64,000 nucleotides of DNA from a virus (lineage: Duplodnaviria; Caudoviricetes), in IMG/VR virus record IMGVR_UViG_2889736374_000001, positions 1 to 64,000 of that record; one strand, 5' to 3'. Of the stretch, positions 37,809 through 46,307 are shown in pieces. Below the pieces are notes generated by a model, which was not told where the DNA came from, did not search any database, and saw only the letters and a program-made list of their open reading frames with translations. Every line of letters starts with the position of its first letter. The stretch's first letter is position 1. The position numbers and the translations under genes were made by a program.

Positions 37809-38320
37809 CGCTTCACCTCGACGGCATGCGTGATGTGCCAGTTGCCGTCGGCGCGCGGTACGCATTCACTCAGGATGAAGGGGACGAGCGTGGTCTCCCA
37901 GTCGGCAAGGGCGCACCAGCCGGTGCCGTTGCCGATGGCGTTGATGTCGAAGATGCCGACCCCACGCTCGGGGTGACGGGCAGCGCCGACCCAGTGCGTC
38001 TGTCGATAGCGGGCCCGGATCGGCACCCCCGGCGCTGTCCATGGTCCTTCCCACTGGATCCGCGCCAGCCCGTATTGGGGCCAGCTTGCCCGACCCAGAT
38101 CGCCCCCGCGATAGGAGAACGCGACGCCGAGACCGGCGAGGACCTGCCACATCAGCGTCGGATTGGTGTAGCGCTTGGTCTCGAAATCGCCCATGTGCGG
38201 GCGAAGCTCGTCGAGCGTGAGACCGCATATCGCGGCGATGGCACCCGGTCCGCAATTCGCTCCCCATTCATCGAAAGCACGCTCGGCATCATCGGCGGAG
38301 AACCTTGGCAGCTGGATCAT
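37805..38320 (-). CDS. Peptidase C39-like (papain-fold) protein
   Basis: NCGPGAIAA...HWVG...IFD candidate Cys-His-Asp triad. Confidence 0.5.
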   Translation of the reverse strand: MIQLPRFSADDAERAFDEWGANCGPGAIAAICGLTLDELRPHMGDFETKRYTNPTLMWQVLAGLGVAFSYRGGDLGRASWPQYGLARIQWEGPWTAPGVPIRARYRQTHWVGAARHPERGVGIFDINAIGNGTGWCALADWETTLVPFILSECVPRADGNWHITHAVEVKR

Positions 38321-40278
38321 TCCGCCGCCTCCCGCACACGCGCCAGGTGGCCGCAATTGGCTTTCACCAGCGCCTCGGCCAGCGGCGGGCAGACGCTGTT
38401 GCCACAGCACGAGCCCTGCACGGTTGCCGTGATCGGGCTGCCGTCCGGCCGCCGGTCGATGATGTAGCTGTCGGGGAACCCTTGCGCCCGGAACCGCTCG
38501 CGCGGCGTCAGCATGCGCATGCCGATATCGGCGATGGCGAAGGTCTCGCCGTCGATGTCGACTGTCACCAGCCCCATGCGGTCCTTCACCGTGTCGGTGT
38601 GCATCGGGTCCGTCACGACCGAACCGTCCCCGGTGCCGTAGTACTTGGTGAGGAAACCGGAGATCAGGGCGGCGTGCTGCCCGCCCGCCATGATGGTCTT
38701 GGCAGGCTTGCGCAGATCGCCTTCTCCGCCCCGCGTGTTCGAGGTGTAGGACCACGAGAGATGCGCCGCCACGACGCTCTGCTGACTGGCACCGAATGCC
38801 CCGCCCGTCGTGATTGTCGCCACCGGCTTGCGCGCATCATGGCCCACCACGCCGGTATTGTGCTGGGCGAGGAACGCGGCCACGACGCCATGGCGGTTGC
38901 CGCCCGCCGTATCGGTCGCCAGCGGCTCTTCCGGCCGCCTGCCGCGATCATGACCGCCGTCGCCTTCGCCATAGTAGGACGTCACGTGCGCCGCCACGAC
39001 CGCATGCTTCGCCGCACCGGCCACTTGCGTGCCAAGCGGCTTGTCGACATCAAGTGCGCGGGGCGCCTGACCCTTCCGCTCGCCATAGCCAGTCTGCACC
39101 ATGGTCGCCGCCACCACGCCGATCGGCGCCGCCCCGCCCGGCTTCTTGATGTAGCTGTTGGCCGTCACCGTCGGCGCCGGCTCGTCGAGGCCGGATCCGG
39201 TCGAGCCGGATTGGAACTTCGTCAGATGGGCCGCAATGACCGCGTTCTGGTCCTTCGGACTTGCGGTCACCGTGTGCAGCGGCGCGTCAACCGACCTGTT
39301 GCCGCCACCATGCTGGCCATAAGTGACGACCGGCACGACCACTGCATGATCGCTCCGGCTGTGAGCCGTCTGCGTCCGCACCGGCTCGTCGACTGAGTGC
39401 ACGCGGGCGTCGCCGGCATGCGCCACCGGCACGATGAACGGCTTCTTCGCCTCCAGCACGTAGCGCACGATCCCGCGTGCGATGCGCTTCATCGTGGCGT
39501 CGGCCAGCGGGCGGATCGCCCTGACCCCATGCTTGTCCATGATCTCGGCCGCGCTGTCGAAGATCGAAGGGCATGGCAGTGACCAGTCGATGATCTCTGC
39601 CGCCGTCCGCCAGGGCTTCTTGCGCCCCGCGATCACGTCCGGATCGTCGGGCTTCCCGTGCGTCGGCTCCGGCCAGACGATCGGCCGCCCGTCGCGGCGC
39701 GCGATCATGAAGAAGCGTTTGCGGATGGTCGGCGCGCCATAGTCGCAGGCGCGAAGCTCGCGCCATTCCATGCGATAGCCGAGCCGCTTCAGCTGTGCCG
39801 TCCACAGCGCGAAAGTCTGGCCGCGGCGCTCGCGGCAGGGCTTGCCTTCCGCCGTCACCGGCCCCCAGTCGCGGAATTCCTCGACGTTCTCCAGCATGAT
39901 GACTTCCGGCCGCACGCGCCGCGCCCACAGCACCACGACCCAGGCCAGATCGCGGATCGACCGCTTGACCGGACGACCGCCCTTGGCCTTGGAAAAATGC
40001 TTGCAGTCGGGCGAGAACCAGGCGAGCCCGACGCGCCGATGCCCCACCGCCTCCAGCGGATCGACCTGCCAGATGTTCTTCGACAGATGCAGCGTTGCGG
40101 GATGGTTGACCTCGTGCATGGCCAGCGCATCGGCATTATGGTTGATCGCGATGTCGGGTGAGCGACCGAGCGCCATCTCGATACCCGTCGAGGCCCCGCC
40201 GCCGCCCGCGAAGGAATCGACGATCAGCGCCTCGCCGGCAGAGCCCATGGGCGCAACGGTATCGAACAGGGTTTTCAT
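38317..40278 (-). CDS. DNA (cytosine-5) methyltransferase
   Basis: FAGGGG, SPDC, ENV, RKRFF, GNSV motifs. Confidence 0.92.
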   Translation of the reverse strand: MKTLFDTVAPMGSAGEALIVDSFAGGGGASTGIEMALGRSPDIAINHNADALAMHEVNHPATLHLSKNIWQVDPLEAVGHRRVGLAWFSPDCKHFSKAKGGRPVKRSIRDLAWVVVLWARRVRPEVIMLENVEEFRDWGPVTAEGKPCRERRGQTFALWTAQLKRLGYRMEWRELRACDYGAPTIRKRFFMIARRDGRPIVWPEPTHGKPDDPDVIAGRKKPWRTAAEIIDWSLPCPSIFDSAAEIMDKHGVRAIRPLADATMKRIARGIVRYVLEAKKPFIVPVAHAGDARVHSVDEPVRTQTAHSRSDHAVVVPVVTYGQHGGGNRSVDAPLHTVTASPKDQNAVIAAHLTKFQSGSTGSGLDEPAPTVTANSYIKKPGGAAPIGVVAATMVQTGYGERKGQAPRALDVDKPLGTQVAGAAKHAVVAAHVTSYYGEGDGGHDRGRRPEEPLATDTAGGNRHGVVAAFLAQHNTGVVGHDARKPVATITTGGAFGASQQSVVAAHLSWSYTSNTRGGEGDLRKPAKTIMAGGQHAALISGFLTKYYGTGDGSVVTDPMHTDTVKDRMGLVTVDIDGETFAIADIGMRMLTPRERFRAQGFPDSYIIDRRPDGSPITATVQGSCCGNSVCPPLAEALVKANCGHLARVREAAE

Positions 40279-40580
40279 GCCGCCGCCCTCACTTCCCGCA
40301 TGGCGATGTCGTCGGGCGAAGCCACGCGCAGGCGGCCGGACTGGATGCCCGACAGCAGCCCCGCCATGAGGCACCGAGCGGCGGTATTGGTCGGCCAGAA
40401 CGCGAGGTCGAAGAAGATCACCGGCGTGCCGCGCGACCAGCCGACCAGCTGGGCGGCCCGCGTGATGGTGCGCACGTCGTCGGCAACCTCTACCGCCGTG
40501 CCTGTTTCGCAGAGCAGCCCGTGATCGCGGGCGATCTTGCGGGCGGCCAGATGGTCGGGCGCGACGATGAGCAGGGTCAT
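40275..40580 (-). CDS. Hypothetical phage protein
   Basis: ATGA-coupled in the early operon. Confidence 0.6.
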   Translation of the reverse strand: MTLLIVAPDHLAARKIARDHGLLCETGTAVEVADDVRTITRAAQLVGWSRGTPVIFFDLAFWPTNTAARCLMAGLLSGIQSGRLRVASPDDIAMREVRAAA

Positions 40581-41053
40581 GATTTTCCCCCCGAAAGCGC
40601 GATGTCGCCAAATCCATTGATCGCGCCCTTGGAGGGCCGGGATGGCGTCCCGAAGTGGCGGATCAGCGTGCTGAGCAGTGCCCGGTCAGAGGGGGTCGTC
40701 TCGCCCTGGTCGTGACAGAAGATGTAGAGCGCGGCCTGGACGTTCTCGATCGGGAGCCAGGCACCAGGCGCCGCCACCACATGTGCGGTCACGAATTCGT
40801 CGAGCAGCTGGCGCGCCGTCTTCATGGGAGCGGCCCCCGCAAAACTCTCCTGCACAAGGGCATGCGGCTGGGGCGCCTTCCCTCGCAGCGCGCCGGGCGG
40901 CACGGCAAGCCCGGCCTCGCGCGCCAGAAGTCCCGCCTCGTGGCGCATGGCGTCGGGCAAGGCCTCGAGCCGCGCAGGATCGGGAAAGGCCTGCCCGAAG
41001 CGATCGGGAATACGAGGACCGCGCGGGCGCGGGATCACACCAAAGGCGGTCAT
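40577..41053 (-). CDS. Hypothetical phage protein (possible C-terminal winged helix)
   Basis: ATGA-coupled ORF. Confidence 0.55.
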   Translation of the reverse strand: MTAFGVIPRPRGPRIPDRFGQAFPDPARLEALPDAMRHEAGLLAREAGLAVPPGALRGKAPQPHALVQESFAGAAPMKTARQLLDEFVTAHVVAAPGAWLPIENVQAALYIFCHDQGETTPSDRALLSTLIRHFGTPSRPSKGAINGFGDIALSGGKS

Positions 41054-41418
41054 GCGGACACCTCGCCGCCAGCCGCCCGCACCGAGGTGACGGCGGGAAG
41101 ATGGCCCATGGAAGTGCTTCGGGGCGCCGGCTGCGGAACACCGCGCGCGTGATGGGCAAACAGGCCGAACGCATGCAGATCCTCGAGTTCCAGCCCGACC
41201 ACGCCGCCGCGCTCGCGCCGCATGATCCACGCCCATTCGACCGAGGAGCGGTATTTGCGCGGCTCGAACCAGATGGCAAAGCAGCGGCTGCCATTAGGAA
41301 TATTGCCGATCGCCTGGCTGGTGGTCACGACCGAGACGCCTTCGGGCGGCTGCGGGCGGCCGAACAGCGTGACGAGCGCCCGCTCGGGCCGCGTGGTGAT
41401 GATGGTCAGTTCACCCAT
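41050..41418 (-). CDS. Hypothetical phage protein
   Basis: RBS GAGGAGGA; coupled ORF. Confidence 0.6.
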   Translation of the reverse strand: MGELTIITTRPERALVTLFGRPQPPEGVSVVTTSQAIGNIPNGSRCFAIWFEPRKYRSSVEWAWIMRRERGGVVGLELEDLHAFGLFAHHARGVPQPAPRSTSMGHLPAVTSVRAAGGEVSA

Positions 41419-41749
41419 GCCTGCTATCCTCCTCAGCTGCCCGGCTGGCCGGGGTCCGTTTCACGTTTGAAGCACTGCAACAGCCTGATTTCGCTGGCAT
41501 CTGTTCGGGCGGCAGGTAGAAGCGGCGGATGTCGACGCCGAGCCAGTCGCAGATGGCGATGACCTTGTGCACGGCGATCATCTGGCCCGACGCGGCCCGC
41601 GACAGATCCGTGAAGGTGACGCCGATCGTGCCGGCCAGCGCCCGATAGCCGCTGCCATCGGCCGACAGCCGCGCGCGCACCAGAATGGCAAAGCCGCGCC
41701 AGTCGTAATCGGCCCGCTCGGGCGAGCGCGCGTTCTGGAGCCCACTCAT
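41411..41749 (-). CDS. XRE-like HTH protein
   Basis: YRALAGTIGVTFTDLSRAASG...ICDWLG. Confidence 0.7.
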   Translation of the reverse strand: MSGLQNARSPERADYDWRGFAILVRARLSADGSGYRALAGTIGVTFTDLSRAASGQMIAVHKVIAICDWLGVDIRRFYLPPEQMPAKSGCCSASNVKRTPASRAAEEDSRHG

Positions 41750-42096
41750 TGCGCGTGTCCCCCGCCCGAAGCACGCAAGCCCGACCGGGCGTCGGGCCGC
41801 GTGGCCCGCCCCGCCGGAGTGCCAGCAGGCGAAGCCTGCGGTACGGCGCGTGAGGCATCCCTGAGAAACAGCGTCGGCTGTTCGCCGATCCAGTCGCACA
41901 GCGCGAAGAATTCGTAGGCGCCTGGGTTGCGGCCGCGCGCGGCGCGCTGGACGGCGTCCGGCTCGATGCCGCTTTCGCGCGCCACCCGCCGCACCGTCTT
42001 GCGGCGATGGATGCGCCGCGCTTCGAGAAACAGCGCGAACACGTCGAAATCCACCATGGCAGGATCGAAGGCGTCGACACGCGGGGGCACGTTCAT
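41746..42096 (-). CDS. XRE-like HTH protein with repeat-derived C-terminus
   Basis: TVRRVARESGIEPDAVQRAARG...LCDWIG; ATGA-coupled at both ends. Confidence 0.7.
   Translation of the reverse strand: MNVPPRVDAFDPAMVDFDVFALFLEARRIHRRKTVRRVARESGIEPDAVQRAARGRNPGAYEFFALCDWIGEQPTLFLRDASRAVPQASPAGTPAGRATRPDARSGLRASGGGHAQ
41775..41857. repeat. Palindromic REP/RIME-like element, copy 4 (intragenic)
   Basis: 74/83 identical to 7110-7191. Confidence 0.8.
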
Positions 42097-44726
42097 TCCG
42101 CCGCCTCCGCCTGTTCGGGGCTGATTTCGGCGAGATAATCGAACAGCGTCGGCGCCCTGCCCCCGCCCGAAGCGATTTCGGCATAGGCGCAGCCATCGGC
42201 GAAATAGCTGGGGTTGAGTTCGACGGCCACGGCCTTGCGGCCGAGGTGAAGCGCGCACCACGGCACCGTCATGATGCCGCCGAACGGGTCGAAGACGGTC
42301 TCCCCTTCCATCGAATGCTGCAGGATCGTGCGGTCGACGATGTCGAACTGCAGCGGGCACAGATGCATCTCCTGCCCCTTCGATTTCTGCATCATGTTGA
42401 GCGTGCGCATGCGCGCCACGTCGCTCCAGATCTCGGGATGGGCGACATGGGGCGGCGCGATCATGAAGGTCGGCGGCAGCCGGTGTTTTTCGTCCAGCGC
42501 CTCCGTCAGCGCGACATGCGCCTCATGGTCGTAGACATTGGACAGTGCCCAGGCCTTCCAGCCGCGATAGACGTCGCGACCGTCGCGACCGACCAGGTCG
42601 GCCAGCTCGGCAGGCAGAAGCGGACGGTCTCCGCTTGACCGCCACACGCCATGCGCGTCGATCTGCCAGCGGCCCCGGCTGTAGCCGGCCGCATTGAGCC
42701 ATTCGTCTTCGGCCCATTCCTTCTTGGCCTTGGTCACCGGCGTGTCGGCATAGCCATTGGAACGGTCGGTCGGCGGTTTTCTGAATTTCAGCAGATATTC
42801 GGGCATGCCGTTGCCCATCCGCGTCCCGTCCTTGCACTGCTCCGACCAGCCCAGCCGATAGGTCTGGTTGTTCTCGCGGACCACGTCGGTGGCGATGGTG
42901 ACGCGCGACAGGAAGGCAAAACCGTGCTTTCGGAAATGCGCCACGCAGTCGTCGGAGAACGGGCTGACGGTCTGGAAGCCCAGCCCGTTGATGCCACCCG
43001 GCACGATACGGTCCTTCACGTGGATGACCGCCACCCGGCCGGGCTTGAGCACACGCAGGAGCTGCGGGGTCAGAAAGTCCATCTGCGCCCAGAAATGCGG
43101 GTCGTCGTCCGTGTGGCCGAAATCGTTGAAGGACGGGGTGTATTCATATTGCGTGGAGAACGGAATCGAGGTGACGATCAGGTCGACGCTGTCGTCTTCC
43201 ATCGCCCTCGTCTCTTCCACGCAGTCATTGTGCACGAGCCGGTAGTTCCGGCCGGTGACTTCGCGCCGCTCGACGCCCATGGAACGCTTGAGCGCCCCGT
43301 CGATCGCCTGCTCGGCCAGGCCGAAGCGGCGGATGATCGCGGCCATCTTCTCGGCCTGTTCCTCGAACTGGCGCCAGCGGCGCTCCAGCTCGCGGCGGAT
43401 ATGCCGCTCGGCTTCGGTATGGATGAGGTCGAGCCGGCACTGCCCCTCCTGCCCGAAACGCTGGATGCGGAAGACGGACTGGATGAAATCGTGGAACTTG
43501 AAGCCGATGCCGAGATAGACCGCCCAGCTGCAATGTTTCTGGAAATTGCAGCCCGAGCCGTTGAGAACGGGCTTTGTCGCCAGCTCCTGGAACTCGCCGC
43601 GCGCGAAACCGATGACGCGGGCTTCCTTCTCGTCTTCCTTCAGCGTGCCCCACACGCTTTTTGCGCCGGGTATCGCCTTCTCGATCGCCTTCCGCTCGTC
43701 TTCCAGATCGTGCCAGATGATGCGGTGCGCGGCGGGATCCTCGCTGCGGATTTCCATGAGTTTTGCGATCCGGGCGTCGAGCGAGCGCCGTTTTTCCCGG
43801 CTGGCCTCGACCACGCCGAGCGCGGTGGAGACGAAGAGCCTCTTTTGCCCGTCCTTCTCGGCACCCGCCTCGCCATGATCCGTGGCAACCTCGTGCCAGC
43901 GAATGTCGAGCGGCGGCAGGTCGTAGCCCTCGTCGGAATAGCCGAGATCGGAGGGCTTCTGGACGAACAGCGCCCAGCTCGCGACCCACAGCCAGAACTC
44001 CTCCTCCTTGTGAGGGTGGAGCGTCAGCTTGTCGGCCTTTTCCGAATTGCGCCGGAAGAAGCGGGTCTTTGCCTCGCCCACATCCATCACGCCTAGGAAC
44101 GCGGCATAGGCCAGCAGTTCGATGAATTCGTTCGGGTCGGGAATGGCCGTGGCCACGAAGCGGTACTTCACGCCCTCGCGCTTGACCCCGGCCTTGCGGT
44201 CGTCGCCGGCGAATTTCGCCATGAACTCGCGGAACGTTTTCGAGCCGCCGAAGCCGCGCAAGCAGGCCGCCTCGTCGAGCGACGCGGCGGTGAAGATCGA
44301 CGGGTCGAGCTTGCCGTCGCGCACCGTCTCGTAATTGGTCAGGTGAATGACGACCTGGTCGCCGCCCGCCGCATTCGCAGGCTCCAACTCAAGGGCCGAG
44401 CGTATGAACTTGAGCCGGACGTTCGGATGCCGTGTCTCGGCCTCGAGGAAGAATTCGTGGCGCACGCCGAGCGGCACCACGATCAACGCATGGCCGCCCT
44501 CGTGCTTCATGCACTGGCGCAGGATCTCGATCTGCGTCGAGGTCTTGTGCAGCCCAAAACGCAGGAAGAGCGCGCGGCGCCCGCCCCGGCAGGCCCAAGG
44601 TACGATCGCCCGCGTCATCTCCTTCAAAAGCGGGTTGACGCCGCCAGGATCGACCTCGAACCCGGCCTGCGGGGCAAGCTTCGCCTTGGCTTTCAGGAAA
44701 TCGGCATAGGCGGGAAGCGCGTTCAT
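42093..44726 (-). CDS. SNF2-like helicase fused to an N6/N4 DNA methyltransferase
   Basis: GLHKT, LDEA, TAIP, RIQRFGQ helicase motifs; TSIPF and FDPFGGI MTase motifs. Confidence 0.88.
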   Translation of the reverse strand: MNALPAYADFLKAKAKLAPQAGFEVDPGGVNPLLKEMTRAIVPWACRGGRRALFLRFGLHKTSTQIEILRQCMKHEGGHALIVVPLGVRHEFFLEAETRHPNVRLKFIRSALELEPANAAGGDQVVIHLTNYETVRDGKLDPSIFTAASLDEAACLRGFGGSKTFREFMAKFAGDDRKAGVKREGVKYRFVATAIPDPNEFIELLAYAAFLGVMDVGEAKTRFFRRNSEKADKLTLHPHKEEEFWLWVASWALFVQKPSDLGYSDEGYDLPPLDIRWHEVATDHGEAGAEKDGQKRLFVSTALGVVEASREKRRSLDARIAKLMEIRSEDPAAHRIIWHDLEDERKAIEKAIPGAKSVWGTLKEDEKEARVIGFARGEFQELATKPVLNGSGCNFQKHCSWAVYLGIGFKFHDFIQSVFRIQRFGQEGQCRLDLIHTEAERHIRRELERRWRQFEEQAEKMAAIIRRFGLAEQAIDGALKRSMGVERREVTGRNYRLVHNDCVEETRAMEDDSVDLIVTSIPFSTQYEYTPSFNDFGHTDDDPHFWAQMDFLTPQLLRVLKPGRVAVIHVKDRIVPGGINGLGFQTVSPFSDDCVAHFRKHGFAFLSRVTIATDVVRENNQTYRLGWSEQCKDGTRMGNGMPEYLLKFRKPPTDRSNGYADTPVTKAKKEWAEDEWLNAAGYSRGRWQIDAHGVWRSSGDRPLLPAELADLVGRDGRDVYRGWKAWALSNVYDHEAHVALTEALDEKHRLPPTFMIAPPHVAHPEIWSDVARMRTLNMMQKSKGQEMHLCPLQFDIVDRTILQHSMEGETVFDPFGGIMTVPWCALHLGRKAVAVELNPSYFADGCAYAEIASGGGRAPTLFDYLAEISPEQAEAAE

Positions 44727-45175
44727 TCCGCCGCCTCGAGCAATTCCCGCCCGGCCTGCGTGGCGCGTTGGGCGTGGTGGGCGCAGTAGCGTCCGGAAGC
44801 GCGCGGCGCGCCGCAGACCGGCATGTCGGGACCCGAGGCTGAAAGCGGCGGGCCGGCAAAGAACAGGCAGAGCCCGGCTTCGACCGCCTGCAGGAAGGGC
44901 GCCGAATCGAGATCGGGCGCCGGCACGGGGCGTGGCGGTGCCGGCTTCGGCTTTTCGGCGCGGCGGATTGGCGCTGCCGCCCTGGGGGAGCCGGGTTTCG
45001 GCCCGGAGCGGCCGGCACGGCCGCGCAGGGGAAACCGGTCGCGGTGGCGGTTCATGATGCCCAGCACCGCCGAGCGCGAGACGTCGCCCAACGCGGCCAC
45101 GATCTCGCCCGAGGAAAGCCCCTCGTTCCACAGCCTGGCTGCATGGCTGATCCGCTTCTCCGTCCAGCTGCTCAT
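44723..45175 (-). CDS. gcrA: GcrA family cell-cycle regulator homologue
   Basis: WTEKRI...LWNEGLSSGEIVAALGDVSRSAVLG; C-terminal C...CG...YCAHH. Confidence 0.85.
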   Translation of the reverse strand: MSSWTEKRISHAARLWNEGLSSGEIVAALGDVSRSAVLGIMNRHRDRFPLRGRAGRSGPKPGSPRAAAPIRRAEKPKPAPPRPVPAPDLDSAPFLQAVEAGLCLFFAGPPLSASGPDMPVCGAPRASGRYCAHHAQRATQAGRELLEAAE

Positions 45176-45672
45176 GGGAAGTCGCCTCCCGCGTTGTTCT
45201 TGACGACGATGCCGATCGTGCCGAGCCGCCCCTGGACGGAGCGCAGCACGCGGCAGGCTTCCTCGATTTCCATGTTGATGCGGCGCCGGTCGGCCTCGCA
45301 CAGCGTGCCGTCGGCCATGGCATGCAGGATGGCGGCCACGACTTCCGCGCTTTCGGAGCCGATGCGGGCGATCTCGCGCAGGCACAGATCGCCATTGGCC
45401 GGCCGCGCCTCGGCCACCAGCCGGTAGCCCAGCAGCGTCGCCATGGCGGCCACGACGACCGGGCCGCCCGCCATGCGGTCGAGATCGACGGCCACGTCGA
45501 TCGGGCAATGCCTGTCATCCTGTTCGGGCGCGCCGTAACGCGACAGATCGGCCTCGCCGACCCGGGTCATGTGCTGGACGGAAGCCGCACCGCCGCCGAG
45601 CTTGGCGGCGCGCCGCACTGACATGGACAGCGCCCGGCGTTCCTGCGGCGTGGTCTCGCGCAGCTCAGCCAT
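45172..45672 (-). CDS. Phage regulatory CII-like protein
   Basis: LSRYG...CPIDVAVDLD...E.AEV...ADG pattern; downstream of cro. Confidence 0.65.
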   Translation of the reverse strand: MAELRETTPQERRALSMSVRRAAKLGGGAASVQHMTRVGEADLSRYGAPEQDDRHCPIDVAVDLDRMAGGPVVVAAMATLLGYRLVAEARPANGDLCLREIARIGSESAEVVAAILHAMADGTLCEADRRRINMEIEEACRVLRSVQGRLGTIGIVVKNNAGGDFP

Positions 45673-45967
45673 GGTCGCCGCCCCGGCAAGAATGAGCGCG
45701 GGAATTGCCGTGACGCGACGTGAGCGCGCGATCATGTTCGGCGTAGAGAGCGGAGAGGCCGATCATCTCGCAGCGCGCACACACGAGCTGCTCGACGAGT
45801 TTGGCAGGGGAGACACCATCATGGGCGGCAGCCAGGATCAGCAGCGGCCAGACGGTTTCGGGCAGGCGCAGGTCGATACCCGGACGGGGATCGACACCAG
45901 GCGCGATGTCCTGCTGCACGAGCTTCTCGCGACCCCAGGGCGCGTAACGGCAAGCCTCACTGCTCAT
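45665..45967 (-). CDS. Hypothetical phage protein
   Basis: ATGA-coupled to cro. Confidence 0.55.
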   Translation of the reverse strand: MSSEACRYAPWGREKLVQQDIAPGVDPRPGIDLRLPETVWPLLILAAAHDGVSPAKLVEQLVCARCEMIGLSALYAEHDRALTSRHGNSRAHSCRGGDHG

Positions 45968-46221
45968 TCTGCTGCCTCCCCCAGTTCCAGAAACCGTTCC
46001 GGCCGGTTCGCCCTGAGCCAGTCGAGCCGCGTGGCGTGCATGTCCTGGGCGGCAACCGCGCCTTCGGTGAGCGCCGCGATGCGCTCGACCAGGTCGGCAT
46101 CGGCCTTGTTCTGGCCGGTCTCGATGCGCTGGAAGGAACGCGCGCCCCCATCGAGCCCCAGCGACATCGCGCATTCGCCCTGTGACTTTCCCGCCGCCAA
46201 TCGCCAGTGTCTGAGTTCCAT
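45964..46221 (-). CDS. Cro-like XRE repressor
   Basis: Short HTH divergent from the CI-like gene. Confidence 0.85.
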   Translation of the reverse strand: MELRHWRLAAGKSQGECAMSLGLDGGARSFQRIETGQNKADADLVERIAALTEGAVAAQDMHATRLDWLRANRPERFLELGEAAE

Positions 46222-46230
46222 GGCACAAAA

Positions 46231-46307
46231 ATGGCCATATGGGCCAATTATTGTCAAGCCATTTTATGGCCTATTGCGCCATGGCGGAAAATGGCGGTTT
46301 CGGCCAT
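46231..46307. promoter_or_regulatory. Three 17-bp operators ATGGC-N7-GCCAT and the leftward early promoter
   Basis: Operators at 46231-46247 (GCCAA), 46266-46282, 46291-46307; TTGACA on the minus strand at 46257-46252. Confidence 0.8.

Noticed and set aside
38317-44726. Restriction-modification or DISARM/BREX-type defence system
   Set aside because: No nuclease or partner genes; both methyltransferases are orphan genes coupled into the phage early operon
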